Shown: positions 19,562-30,124, numbered from the stretch's first letter. The stretch: DNA of 56,777 nt from Bacteroidales bacterium (GCA_021740045.1 JAIPAP010000006.1:1-56777); one strand, 5' to 3'. Notes: a model not told the origin generated them from the letters alone. Program-made: numbers and translations.

Positions 19562-20974
19562 ATGGAACATATATTAAAATATACTACTGCAGTATTTATG
19601 GGATTACTCCTGGCCCTGCCGGTTTTTGCCCAACCCCCGTCAAGCAATAGCTACCAGTTGGATCAATATGGCGTGCTTGGTGGAAATCCGAATGAAGCGG
19701 GAAACCCATCTTCAAATTCATACATTTTGCCCGAATCTGCCAATGGCGGGATTTCGGGAGAGCAAATGAATAGTGGAACCTTTGTGGTTGATCCGGGATT
19801 TGTTATACCCGGATTCGGTCCCGTTCAATTCACCCAGGTGATCACCCTTGATCAGGGCTACCGCTTTGTTTCATCTTACATTATACCCGAAAATCCGGAT
19901 ATGCTTAATGTATTGAATGATAACCTGAATGAGAACCTCGATTTTGTGAGGAATACCGAAGGCAACCTGTTAAGAAAGATAGGATCGGATTGGGTTAATG
20001 GTATTGGTGACTGGGTCACCACCGAAGGCTATTTATTTAAGATGAATGACACGGATGAACTCTCCGTTACCGGTGAACGTATCGAACCAACAACCCCCAT
20101 TACCGTGAATTTCGGTTACCAGTTTGTGAGTTACCTGCCCGGCCAGCCTATGGATGCTATGGTGGCCTTTGAAAGTGTGATAGCTGAAAACCTCGATTTC
20201 ATCAGGAATCAGGAGGGCAACATGATACGGAAAATCGGAAATGAATGGGTGAATGGTATTGGAGAAACCATGCCCGGCGAATTTTATTTATTCAAGCTGC
20301 TAAATGAAGATGAGCTGATCTATCCGGAGGCGCTAAAAAATGAGGCGGTTGCCTATACCGGTGACCCAGTTTCCAAACCTGTTATAAAAGGAAATGCAGC
20401 CGATCCGGTATACAGTATTTACCTGATCCTCGGTAACAACATCCGGGAAGGCGACCGGATAGCCGCTTTCGATGGTGATAAACGGGTAGGAGAAATTAAA
20501 ATTAACTCCGGGGACTGGCAGTATAATGCCATGCCGGTCTTCAGCACGCTGGAATCCGGGAAAGGATTTGAAGCTGGAAATGACATAAAACTCAAGCGCA
20601 AAGCGGATGACCTGTGGGAAGAACTGAACTTTGATATGAAGTCCATAAGCGATGCATATGATGCTAAGGTTTATCCCGAAGGAGATGGTGTTTATAGTGT
20701 GGCTAAAATTTCAGGATTGAAATCGGCAACCGTTGAATCCAAACTTGTTGTCAGCATAAAGCCTAATCCCGCGGTGGATGAAGTTAAAATCCAGGCCTCA
20801 TCTACTATTAAGGCCATTACTCTTTATCACCAGCAAGGTGCTGTATTGGAACGTTTTCAAGGGCTTAATTCCGGGGAGTTCAAGTTGAATATTTCAACCT
20901 ATCCGGCAGGGCTATATATAACGGAAATCAGGACAAGTAAGGGTGTTGTTCGCGAAAAGCTGATTATACAATAA
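19562..20974 (+). CDS. T9SS type A CTD protein with N-terminal SSNSY repeat module, tandem domain Y and degenerate domain X
   Basis: Signal peptide; IKPNPA...GLYITEI...KLIIQ CTD. Confidence 0.8.
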   Translation: MEHILKYTTAVFMGLLLALPVFAQPPSSNSYQLDQYGVLGGNPNEAGNPSSNSYILPESANGGISGEQMNSGTFVVDPGFVIPGFGPVQFTQVITLDQGYRFVSSYIIPENPDMLNVLNDNLNENLDFVRNTEGNLLRKIGSDWVNGIGDWVTTEGYLFKMNDTDELSVTGERIEPTTPITVNFGYQFVSYLPGQPMDAMVAFESVIAENLDFIRNQEGNMIRKIGNEWVNGIGETMPGEFYLFKLLNEDELIYPEALKNEAVAYTGDPVSKPVIKGNAADPVYSIYLILGNNIREGDRIAAFDGDKRVGEIKINSGDWQYNAMPVFSTLESGKGFEAGNDIKLKRKADDLWEELNFDMKSISDAYDAKVYPEGDGVYSVAKISGLKSATVESKLVVSIKPNPAVDEVKIQASSTIKAITLYHQQGAVLERFQGLNSGEFKLNISTYPAGLYITEIRTSKGVVREKLIIQ

Positions 20975-20991
20975 TCATTATTTGCTCGTTT

Positions 20992-21033
20992 ACAGCAGGT
21001 AGTCAAAAAAGAAGGGCTGCCTGCTGTTTTTTT
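20992..21033 (+). terminator. Intrinsic terminator between convergent genes
   Basis: ACAGCAGGTAGTC...GGCTGCCTGCTGT followed by a T tract. Confidence 0.75.
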
Positions 21034-21036
21034 GTC

Positions 21037-23226
21037 CTATTCCAGATCGGTCTCCGTATACGGCAACAGTAAGTTTACTTTAGTTCCCGAAGGATTGCCA
21101 TCATCATCTTTTAAATCTTCGTAAGCCAGGCTGATCTTCTTATTCCATTCGTTGCGAAGCAGCTCAATGCGTTCACTAATGACCTGCACCCCCAGGGAAT
21201 GATGCCCTGTGGTTTCGCGTTGTTTGTCCTGAAAAGCTTTTTCACGACCAACGCCATTATCGGAAATCTCGCATTTCATCAATCCGTTATTCAACAAAAA
21301 ATTCACTTCCAGCAATCCGTCTTTTTCAGTATCCTTAAAGGCATGCTTAATGGAATTTTCCACAAAGGGTTGTATCATCATGGGAGGGATGCCGATAAAA
21401 TCGGGTTCATCTACATTATGGTGAATATGATGCTCTATTTTTTTACTAAAACGTAGCTTTTCCAGTTCAATATAAAGTTCCAGCAATTTGATCTCATCCG
21501 AAAGCGGTACAAATGATTTACGCGAATTTTCAAGGATCAATCGCATCAGGTTCGAAAAATTCGACAAGTATTCCTGGGCTTTTTCCGGTTCGTTATTCCT
21601 GATATAGCTCTGTACCGATACAAGGGAGTTGAATATAAAATGTGGGTTCATTTGTGACCGCAACAAGCGTTGTTCAATCTCCACCTTTTGCCGTGCCAGC
21701 TTATCCTGAAGGTTTTTTTGTTTTAACTTGAAACGGTTGAATAACAGGTAACCGGCAATCAGGAACAAAGCAAAGATTACAACCGTCAATATGATCATTA
21801 TCCGTTGTTGCCTGATGGCTGCTTGCTGCTTACTTATCTCCAGCTCCTTGATCTTTTGTTGGTTTTTGAGCTGGGCGATGGTCTGTTCTTTTTTTTCGGT
21901 TTCATATTTGGTTTGCAATTCATTGATCTTTTCCTGACTCTCGGCCGAAAACAATGAATCCTGTACATCCTTATAGCGTTTAAAGTATGTCAGTGATTTT
22001 TTATAGTCTCCCGTTCTTGCATAAAAATCCGACAGAATGGAATAAACATTCATATCCAGTTCGGGAGAATTCACCCCTTTGGCCAGCCCGAGTGCTTTAA
22101 AAATATGCGGACGGGCTTCCTGCAAACGATTTTCAAGCATATGGATCTCGGCAATGTGGCTGCTGCGCATGCTGGTGGCATAGTTGTTTCCTGCAGCCCT
22201 GCTGATGGCAATAGCCTTATTCAGATAGTCCAGTGATTTTCCATATTCTTTGCGCTCTTTATGGAGCAGGCCCAGGTTGGCATACGCTCGGCCGGTACTG
22301 CTTTTAAGCCCCAGCTCATCATAAATGGCGATGGCTTTATTGTAGTAATATACCGCCGAATCGAGCTTATCGGAGTTTTTGTAATTTATCCCCAGGTTTA
22401 AAGCGGCATGACCGGATAAACGGTCCAATTGGTGATCGTGCGAATATTGATAGGCACGGGTGAGAAATTCGCCGGATTTGTCGTATTTCTTGAGCTTTAA
22501 ATAAAGCGAACCAATGTTCAACAAGGAGCTGGCATAGCTGCGGTCTTTTCGTGTGTCGAGTTTCTCCTTGATTTTCATGGATTGCAATTGTGCTTCTATG
22601 GCTTTTTCATAGATCCCCATTTTATAATAAGCCAGGCTGATATTATTAAGCACCGATGCGATTTTTGTGCTGTCGCCTTGTTCCTTTTTCGCTTCCAGCG
22701 CAACTTTGTAATGGAAGAGAGCTGAGTCTGGTTTGTTGAGACTTAAGAAAGCACTCCCTTTTTCATTTTCGGCAAAGGAGATCATCTTCAGGTTATTGAT
22801 GGATTTGCCTACTTTATAAGCTAACGTATGATATCGTAAGGTGGAATCGTGCATTCCTTTTAGCTGATAAGCCAGGGCATAGCCGGTATAGAGCTTACCA
22901 TGGTAGATCTTTTTCCCGGCATTTTCCAAGTAGTTACTCGCTATCCGGTAATTTGCTACTGCTGAATCGGGTCGGTTTAGTTCCAGGTAACATTCTCCTT
23001 TCAGGAAATAGAACATGAAATTTTGTTGCCCCGAAAATGTATTTTTCTTGCCTTCCAGCCAGGCCAGTTCATGCAAAACACTGTCAGGGTGATAATAAAG
23101 GGAATCTTCCAGCTTTAGAAAGGTTGTGTCAACTGGAACATCGTCACCTACCCCATAAATACCAGTGGGCCATGTGAAAATGATGATAAACATGAGCATG
23201 AAACACCCCTTTATCCATTTCATCAT
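21037..23226 (-). CDS. TPR-repeat sensor histidine kinase, LytS/YehU family
   Basis: Periplasmic TPRs, TM helix, LRSQMNPHFIFNSL, PPMMIQPFVENSIKH, DNGVG. Confidence 0.92.
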   Translation of the reverse strand: MMKWIKGCFMLMFIIIFTWPTGIYGVGDDVPVDTTFLKLEDSLYYHPDSVLHELAWLEGKKNTFSGQQNFMFYFLKGECYLELNRPDSAVANYRIASNYLENAGKKIYHGKLYTGYALAYQLKGMHDSTLRYHTLAYKVGKSINNLKMISFAENEKGSAFLSLNKPDSALFHYKVALEAKKEQGDSTKIASVLNNISLAYYKMGIYEKAIEAQLQSMKIKEKLDTRKDRSYASSLLNIGSLYLKLKKYDKSGEFLTRAYQYSHDHQLDRLSGHAALNLGINYKNSDKLDSAVYYYNKAIAIYDELGLKSSTGRAYANLGLLHKERKEYGKSLDYLNKAIAISRAAGNNYATSMRSSHIAEIHMLENRLQEARPHIFKALGLAKGVNSPELDMNVYSILSDFYARTGDYKKSLTYFKRYKDVQDSLFSAESQEKINELQTKYETEKKEQTIAQLKNQQKIKELEISKQQAAIRQQRIMIILTVVIFALFLIAGYLLFNRFKLKQKNLQDKLARQKVEIEQRLLRSQMNPHFIFNSLVSVQSYIRNNEPEKAQEYLSNFSNLMRLILENSRKSFVPLSDEIKLLELYIELEKLRFSKKIEHHIHHNVDEPDFIGIPPMMIQPFVENSIKHAFKDTEKDGLLEVNFLLNNGLMKCEISDNGVGREKAFQDKQRETTGHHSLGVQVISERIELLRNEWNKKISLAYEDLKDDDGNPSGTKVNLLLPYTETDLE

Positions 23227-23257
23227 TGATCAAATTTTGGTATAAAATTACGAAAAC

Positions 23258-23292
23258 AAAAAAGACTGCCTTGGAAACAGGACAGTCTTTTT
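23258..23292 (-). terminator. Intrinsic terminator downstream of 23314-24504
   Basis: AAAAAGACTG...CAGTCTTTTT inverted repeat with A/T tracts on both sides. Confidence 0.65.
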
Positions 23293-23313
23293 ACTTTTTC
23301 AATGGTGCCACTA

Positions 23314-24504
23314 TTATTTAAAAGAATCGGGCATCGGGAAATTTACTTTTGTTTTTTGTGCTTTTTCTAGGCTTTCTACCGGATAAACAAGTTCATCATT
23401 TGCTTCCATTTTGATCAGGTAGCCTTCACCCGGCTCCATATCGCCTATGTTGTTTACCCAGTTAGGACCGATCTTTTGCAGCATAGCCCCATCCGAATCG
23501 CGCATAAAGATGAGGTTATCCTGTATGCTTTCGGTTGCGTCCAGCGCATCCATTGGCGATTGCGGTAGATAACTTATAAACATGTAACCGGTATTAACAG
23601 GTATGGGTGTAGTGGGGTCCATCACCGAACCGGAGAAGCTCACCATATCATCTTCAAGCATTTTGAAAAGATATCCTTCAGTAGTATTCCAATTGCCGAT
23701 ATTATTTACCCAGTTGGGGCCTATTTTGGTGAGCATGCTTCCATCCGAATCCCTGACAAAATCAAGCGTTTCATCATTCATCAAGTCTTCCAGCAAGACC
23801 ATTAAATCGGGGTTGTCGGGTATCATGTGTGTGGAGGCAAACTGATATCCATTTTGCAGTTGTATTTCTTGCCCGGCCGATTCCATCCAAAGATCATCTA
23901 CATAAAGTTTGGTTCCTGCGGTGGGGTTTTCCGTGGCTGAAGTTAGGGCTATTATATTCAAGGTGTCGGGTTGTTCGTTTGAAAAATAGGTAATGGGCGC
24001 CGAAAATTCTGTCCAATTTCCTGTGTTTTCTCCCGTCATAAAGACTCCTGCACCAATGGTATCAACATTATTCTGCTCATCGCGGCGAAACAGAAAAGCA
24101 CCGATTACACACTCCTCATTGTTTTGCGGATCATATTGAAAATATCCCTTTAAGGAAGAGGGGCGATCAGTATAAGGCACTCCACCTTCTATGGTAAACT
24201 CCCCTGTTTGTGTATCCACCGAAAAATCACCCAATGTCATAAAGCCGGGAACCGTTCCAATTGCATAAACATCTTTATTCTGAAGTTTTGCCGAATAATT
24301 TCCTGAATGTACTATTGAGGATTCTTTGGTAACAACCGATACATTGAAAAAAGAAATTTCTTCATTGGGGGTATCCCAGTTTTCAGGATTTTCATAATTC
24401 CCAAAATTTTCCCAGCTTTCCATTCCGTCATTAGGAATATCTTGTGCTAAAAGGCTTGCGCTAAAGAAAAATGCTGTTATGGTTAATAAGTAAATCTTTT
24501 TCAT
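23314..24504 (-). CDS. Secreted protein: PCMD-like jelly-roll domain plus C-terminal tandem domain Y, no T9SS CTD
   Basis: QDIPNDGMESW...GNYSAKL...RPSSLKGYFQY...WTEFSAPI...LYVDDL, then the domain Y pair. Confidence 0.7.
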   Translation of the reverse strand: MKKIYLLTITAFFFSASLLAQDIPNDGMESWENFGNYENPENWDTPNEEISFFNVSVVTKESSIVHSGNYSAKLQNKDVYAIGTVPGFMTLGDFSVDTQTGEFTIEGGVPYTDRPSSLKGYFQYDPQNNEECVIGAFLFRRDEQNNVDTIGAGVFMTGENTGNWTEFSAPITYFSNEQPDTLNIIALTSATENPTAGTKLYVDDLWMESAGQEIQLQNGYQFASTHMIPDNPDLMVLLEDLMNDETLDFVRDSDGSMLTKIGPNWVNNIGNWNTTEGYLFKMLEDDMVSFSGSVMDPTTPIPVNTGYMFISYLPQSPMDALDATESIQDNLIFMRDSDGAMLQKIGPNWVNNIGDMEPGEGYLIKMEANDELVYPVESLEKAQKTKVNFPMPDSFK

Positions 24505-24764
24505 TGTTTTACAGGTTTTTGAATTAAGAAATTGAAACTGAACCTTAAAGGTAATAAATAATAACGATGAGTTACTTTCTTTTGTTTAACTTTTTTATTA
24601 ATTTTAAAGCATCATTTGGTTACCGAATTTCGCGCAAGAGATTACTGGTTGAATACTAAACACATATTACTATCCGAAGTCCAATGCCCAATCAAGCGGG
24701 TAATAAGATGATTACCGCGGCAACCGATGATCTGAAAAATATTAACCATGATAAAACAAACGCC

Positions 24765-27700
24765 ATGAAACCTTTAACCACCATTTTAGTAGTTTTGGCA
24801 TTACTGAGTGCCACCGTAACCCATGTGTTTTCAGAAAGTAGAATGTTAACAAATACCGGGTCAATAAGTGGAGTAGTTACCCATTCTTTGACCTCGGAAC
24901 TTGTTGAAGATGCTGTTGTCCAGATTTATGCCGGTGATGAGTATTGTTATTTTGTTCCCCAGATATTGGATAATGAGCTTAAATCAGGGATGTCCAATAT
25001 TGAATGTGCAACAGCACTGCCGATGGAACCGGGAGTTGTTACAGGCATAGTTACCGATTCCATCACTTCCGATCCCATTCCCGGGGCACTTGTTGGTATT
25101 GTCGGAGCAGGATTTGCTGTATCAACGGATGAAAACGGAGAATATGTCATAGAAGATAGCCCAATTGGTATTTTCGATTTTTGGGCTGAAGCGGATGGTT
25201 ATGAACCCGGCTTAGTACCCGAAGTCGAAGTAGAGGCGGGAGACACTACCATTGTTGATTTCGAATTATCTCCAATTCCTCCTGAATTGATCAGTGCAAA
25301 TCCGGGAATGCATTCGGTTACATTAAGCTGGGAGGCTATAGGAGCCAATGGTGGAGATTATTTTCCAGTAGTAGGATGCAACTGTGCTTGCAATATTTGG
25401 ACGATATATTTTTACCAGGCTACAATTAATGGAATTGACATGGTGGAAGGAGATGAGATTGCCATATTCGATGGCGCACTTATGGTGGGTTCTATGGATT
25501 TGGAGAGCATATGCACCCCTGAAAACCAGTTTGAGAATGATTTGATAGCATGGGATGAATTGAACAGCGGGGATGGCTATACACCGGGAAACGCTGCTAC
25601 ATTTAAAGCCTGGGATCAGAGTACTGCAACTCCAGTTGGAGCCTATAACATTTCCTTTTCCAATCCCTATGGCGATGCCTGGATGGAAGCAACTTTTCCA
25701 TTTGGAGACGGGGAATACAGCATAGTGGGGCTGGATTTTGTAAGCGACAATTATCCCCAGTTTAATATTTATTACGAAGATGGTACATTGGTGGACGGTC
25801 CGGTTGAGGGAACCATATACACAGATAACGGCCTGGAGCCGGGTGAAGAATACTGCTATTACGTGACCCAAATGTTGGAAAATGGAGAAGAATCTTATCC
25901 TTCCAATGTACTTTGCGCCACCCCTACTACTTACCCAGCATACCTGTACGGCTACGTTTACAATATAGAAACCAACGAACCTATTTCAGGAGCGATAGTA
26001 GATATTGGCTTTGGTTTAACAGATACCACTGACCAAAACGGTAATTTTGATTTCGGAAGCATTCCTGCGGGTATGTATAGTCTTATGGTTACCAAATTTG
26101 GATATATATCACCTGAGTTGCCAATGTACTTTCAGATAGATGGAGGAGAGACAGTGGAAATTTACATACCTATGATGCTTATCGGCCCTGGATTAGTTAC
26201 CGTAGAGCCCTCTTCGAATGGTATTGAACTACTTTGGGAACCAATTCCGGGAAGCGACCGCGCTGACCACATTTTGGATATCGCTTTTACCACACTTTCT
26301 TATGAACCCACCTTTAACATTTATTCACTTGATCAGGGGCTTGTTGCCGAAGGTGTTACCGGCAACAGCTACATCGATTCTCTCGATGTTGTTCCCGGTG
26401 TGGAATATTGCTACTTCGTTACCCAACTATTACCCGACGGACAGGAATCGGATTCCTCCAATGTAATGTGTGCCGTATTGCCTCAGTATGGTGAAATTAC
26501 CGGTTACGTAATGGATTCTATTACCGGTGAACCGCTGGAGGGTCTAACGGTTACTTTGGAAGAGGGAGGCTATACAAGCGTTACCGGTGCGGATGGTTCA
26601 TTTTCATTTGAAGACCTCGAACCGGGTACTTATGAGGTATGTACCGGTGGCGGCTGTTATTTTTACGAATGTCAAACCGTTGAATTGGAAGCAGGGGAGA
26701 CCGTTGAAGTTATATTCAACCTGGTTCCCATTCCCATCCCCGGGATAGAAGCTATTGTCACCGGTTGGGACCTCAGCATTGAGATCGATATAGAAATTCC
26801 TGAATACATCAATGAGACCCTTGAAGGCTTTTACATTTACCGTGATGGTGAATTGATCACCGAAGAACCTGTGGGTGACATGTTTTACATTGAAGAGCAT
26901 CCGGCAGGAGAATTCACTTACACTGCAACCGCAATCTTCGATAATAGCGAATCATGTCCATCCGATGAGGTAATCGTGAATGTTGAACCGGTTCTCTACG
27001 GTGAAATCTCCCATCAGGCAAACGGTGAACCCATCGGGGGAGCTATGGTCACTTGTAACGGCGACACTACCCTTACGGATGAAAACGGCGAATATCACTT
27101 AAGCGCCGGATATGGAACCCACACCTGTAAAGTTGAATACGAAGGTTGTAATACCGTTGAAGAGGAGATTTCATTCAACGATCATTTTGAGTGGAACGTA
27201 GGCATGACTGAACCGGTAATGCAGGTTGAACCCGATGAACTCTATTTTGAAGCGCCCTGTGTTCCCGGCCCGGAACCCTTGTATATATCGAATGAAGGCA
27301 ACGGCCCGCTGTATTGGTCCATATCCGTGATTTATGAAGAGGAGGAAGGATGGCTGATGGTGCCTGGGGGCAATAGTCAAGTAGGACCTGGCGAAACGGA
27401 AACACTTTTGATATACGCTACTATTGAGGGCCTGGAAAACCAGACTTATCACGCACAGCTCATCATCCACCCCTATCCCAATGTTGGAGCCGATACGGTT
27501 GATGTTACCCTGGATATCACGATAGGTTTGGATGAATTGCCGGGCGAGCGGATCAACCTTTATCCAAATCCCACCAATGGAAAACTCAATGTTGAAGTAA
27601 GCCGGGAAATAAAACGGTTCAGCTTAATTTCCGCTATCGGGCAAAAAATAAGAGAAGTTTCCATGAATGAAACGGATAAAAAAGTAATGGATGTTTCTGC

Positions 27701-27779
27701 CTATGAGCCTGGCATTTATATAATTAAGTTTTTCACCGAAGAAGAGGTGATCATAAGCAGAAAGGTAATTATTGAATAA
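24765..27779 (+). CDS. Secreted modular protein: carboxypeptidase-regulatory-like repeats, Fn3-like domains, domain X, T9SS type A CTD
   Basis: Signal peptide from ATG 24765 (MKPLTTILVVL); LYPNPTNG...GIYIIKF...KVIIE. Confidence 0.82.
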   Translation: MKPLTTILVVLALLSATVTHVFSESRMLTNTGSISGVVTHSLTSELVEDAVVQIYAGDEYCYFVPQILDNELKSGMSNIECATALPMEPGVVTGIVTDSITSDPIPGALVGIVGAGFAVSTDENGEYVIEDSPIGIFDFWAEADGYEPGLVPEVEVEAGDTTIVDFELSPIPPELISANPGMHSVTLSWEAIGANGGDYFPVVGCNCACNIWTIYFYQATINGIDMVEGDEIAIFDGALMVGSMDLESICTPENQFENDLIAWDELNSGDGYTPGNAATFKAWDQSTATPVGAYNISFSNPYGDAWMEATFPFGDGEYSIVGLDFVSDNYPQFNIYYEDGTLVDGPVEGTIYTDNGLEPGEEYCYYVTQMLENGEESYPSNVLCATPTTYPAYLYGYVYNIETNEPISGAIVDIGFGLTDTTDQNGNFDFGSIPAGMYSLMVTKFGYISPELPMYFQIDGGETVEIYIPMMLIGPGLVTVEPSSNGIELLWEPIPGSDRADHILDIAFTTLSYEPTFNIYSLDQGLVAEGVTGNSYIDSLDVVPGVEYCYFVTQLLPDGQESDSSNVMCAVLPQYGEITGYVMDSITGEPLEGLTVTLEEGGYTSVTGADGSFSFEDLEPGTYEVCTGGGCYFYECQTVELEAGETVEVIFNLVPIPIPGIEAIVTGWDLSIEIDIEIPEYINETLEGFYIYRDGELITEEPVGDMFYIEEHPAGEFTYTATAIFDNSESCPSDEVIVNVEPVLYGEISHQANGEPIGGAMVTCNGDTTLTDENGEYHLSAGYGTHTCKVEYEGCNTVEEEISFNDHFEWNVGMTEPVMQVEPDELYFEAPCVPGPEPLYISNEGNGPLYWSISVIYEEEEGWLMVPGGNSQVGPGETETLLIYATIEGLENQTYHAQLIIHPYPNVGADTVDVTLDITIGLDELPGERINLYPNPTNGKLNVEVSREIKRFSLISAIGQKIREVSMNETDKKVMDVSAYEPGIYIIKFFTEEEVIISRKVIIE

Positions 27780-27871
27780 TGATAAAACACAAATGCCTGT
27801 CCGGTGCAGCAGAGAGGCTTTTGTAATTTATAAGGCTAATATGACACTGCCAAATATGAAAAAACAAACCG

Positions 27872-30109
27872 ATGAAACATAAAGCAATGAAAACCTTAAT
27901 TAAACTTGTTCTTACCCCGCTTTTATTTTACCTGTTTTATACGGGCGCTATTGCTCAAAAACAGGCTAAATTCAGCCCGGCTAACGAACACGGCATCATA
28001 ACCGGGACCATAACCGATTCGGCAACCTCTGAACCTATATTGGGCGTGATAGTTTCCGTTGAAGGAACAGCCTTATCGGATATGTCCGGCAGTGACGGAA
28101 TCTATGCCATCGGGCAAGTGAAGCCCGGCACTCATACTGTTACCGCCACAGCCGATGATTATTACACCCGGACCAAAACAGGTGTGGTTGTTGAAGAAGG
28201 TCTGAACACCTCGGTAAACTTTATTATGACACCTGAAGTGCTTGCCCCCGAGTTACTCAGTGCCGAACCCATATTTGGTCAGGTTACACTTACCTGGGAG
28301 CCAATAGGCGGTTCCAATCGTACAGGATATTGGATTGTTTATGGCGATTGCAGCGATCCCTGTTGGACCATATTCATAAGCCAGGCCGCCATAAATGGTC
28401 AGGATATGATTGCCGGTGATGAAGTGGGGGTATTTGATGGTGAGGTTTTGGTAGGGGCTTTTACACTGGATCAAATCTGCACCGCCGAAAATCAGTTTGA
28501 AAATGACTTGATCGCCTGGAGCACTTTGCAGAATGGTGATGGATATACACCTGAGCATCCCGTAACCTTCAAGGCCTATGATGAGCAAACCAATACGATT
28601 TACGAATACGCCCAGGCTACCTATTATGATCCCTATGGTGATGCCTGGGCGGAACCGGTATTTCCCGAAGGAGAAGCTCAATACAGCATCGTCGGGTTGC
28701 AGTTTAGCGATCCCTACACACCTACCTTTAATGTTTATTCCATTGATGAAGGACTTATTGCCGGAGGATTGACGGGAATTTCTTATACCGATACCCTTGA
28801 AAACCCACAGGGGCAATACTGTTATTATGTGACCCAAATGCTGCCCAATTGTGAGGAGTCTTACCGGTCGAATATTGAATGTGCATGGTTTTACCCGCCA
28901 ACCGGATCTATTCAGGGCACAGTAAGCATTGCCGAAAACTATAATCCTGTACCTGATGCTGTAGTAACGATTGAAGGCACCGGCATATCAGCTATTACCG
29001 GTGAAGACGGAACATATGCTTTCGAGGATGTCGAGGCCGGGACGTATGATATTTCGGTTGAAATTTTTGGCTATGAAAACCAAATACAGTCAGGCGTAGA
29101 AGTATTGGAAAACGAGACTACCACAGCGGATTTTACACTGCTTCCAATGGGACCAACTATGCTCAACCTTGAACCCGGCCCCGACTATGTTACCCTCACC
29201 TGGGAACCCATCACAGGAAGTGACCGCATCTACCATTTTCAGTTTGAAGGCGGATATGGCGGTGATCCGGTTTGGACCGTATTTCTATCCGGGATTACCC
29301 ACAACGGGCAAAACATGGGCATAGGTGATGAAGTAGCTGTTTTTGACGGGGGTATAATGGTGGGTGCAACTACGCTTATCCGTGCGCCCGATTCCCTGAA
29401 CACTTTTGAAAATGATATGCTCGTATACAGCACCCTAATGAGCGGAGATGGTTTTACCCCAGGCAATCCGGTTTCCTTCAAAGGATGGCTGGAGGCCGAG
29501 CAAATGGAAGTGGAGGACTTTGAAGCTAATTATCTTAACTGGTACGGCGATGCCTGGGATGAACCGGTGTTTCCCCAGTTTGACGGCGAATACAGCATAA
29601 TCGACCTTGCCTTTAATTCACAACCTTACGAACCGGGCTTTAATGTTTATAAACTTGATGAAGGCTTGATAGCTGAACAGGTTATGGGCAATACATATGT
29701 CGACTCCATCAACTATAACCCCGGGGAAGAGTATTGCTGCTATGTTACTCAACTTTTACCCAATGGTCAGGAATCCGATTCCTCGAATATTTTATGCGTT
29801 ACTACTCGTGCAGATTTCCAATTGGTAGAAATTTCAGGAGATGAATTAACAATGATCCCTGATGAGTTAAAAAAGATGACAATTAATATCTACCCCAATC
29901 CTGCCGGCAATGAAGTGCATATTGAAACCGGCAGGAGAATGGAGTATTTCAGCATATACACAACAGCCGGTCATAAAATCAACGAGGTTGCAATGAATGG
30001 CAAATCCCATAAAACATTAAATGTATCAGACCTCAAACCTGGAATTTACTTGTTGAAGTTTTATAGCAGGGAGGGGTTGGTATTGAATAGGAAGTTACTT
30101 ATTATGTAA
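27872..30109 (+). CDS. Secreted modular paralogue: 2x (carboxypeptidase-regulatory-like + Fn3 containing domain X), T9SS type A CTD
   Basis: Signal peptide; IYPNPAG...GIYLLKF...KLLIM. Start may be 27887. Confidence 0.82.
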   Translation: MKHKAMKTLIKLVLTPLLFYLFYTGAIAQKQAKFSPANEHGIITGTITDSATSEPILGVIVSVEGTALSDMSGSDGIYAIGQVKPGTHTVTATADDYYTRTKTGVVVEEGLNTSVNFIMTPEVLAPELLSAEPIFGQVTLTWEPIGGSNRTGYWIVYGDCSDPCWTIFISQAAINGQDMIAGDEVGVFDGEVLVGAFTLDQICTAENQFENDLIAWSTLQNGDGYTPEHPVTFKAYDEQTNTIYEYAQATYYDPYGDAWAEPVFPEGEAQYSIVGLQFSDPYTPTFNVYSIDEGLIAGGLTGISYTDTLENPQGQYCYYVTQMLPNCEESYRSNIECAWFYPPTGSIQGTVSIAENYNPVPDAVVTIEGTGISAITGEDGTYAFEDVEAGTYDISVEIFGYENQIQSGVEVLENETTTADFTLLPMGPTMLNLEPGPDYVTLTWEPITGSDRIYHFQFEGGYGGDPVWTVFLSGITHNGQNMGIGDEVAVFDGGIMVGATTLIRAPDSLNTFENDMLVYSTLMSGDGFTPGNPVSFKGWLEAEQMEVEDFEANYLNWYGDAWDEPVFPQFDGEYSIIDLAFNSQPYEPGFNVYKLDEGLIAEQVMGNTYVDSINYNPGEEYCCYVTQLLPNGQESDSSNILCVTTRADFQLVEISGDELTMIPDELKKMTINIYPNPAGNEVHIETGRRMEYFSIYTTAGHKINEVAMNGKSHKTLNVSDLKPGIYLLKFYSREGLVLNRKLLIM

Positions 30110-30124
30110 GGCAGGATCCATATT

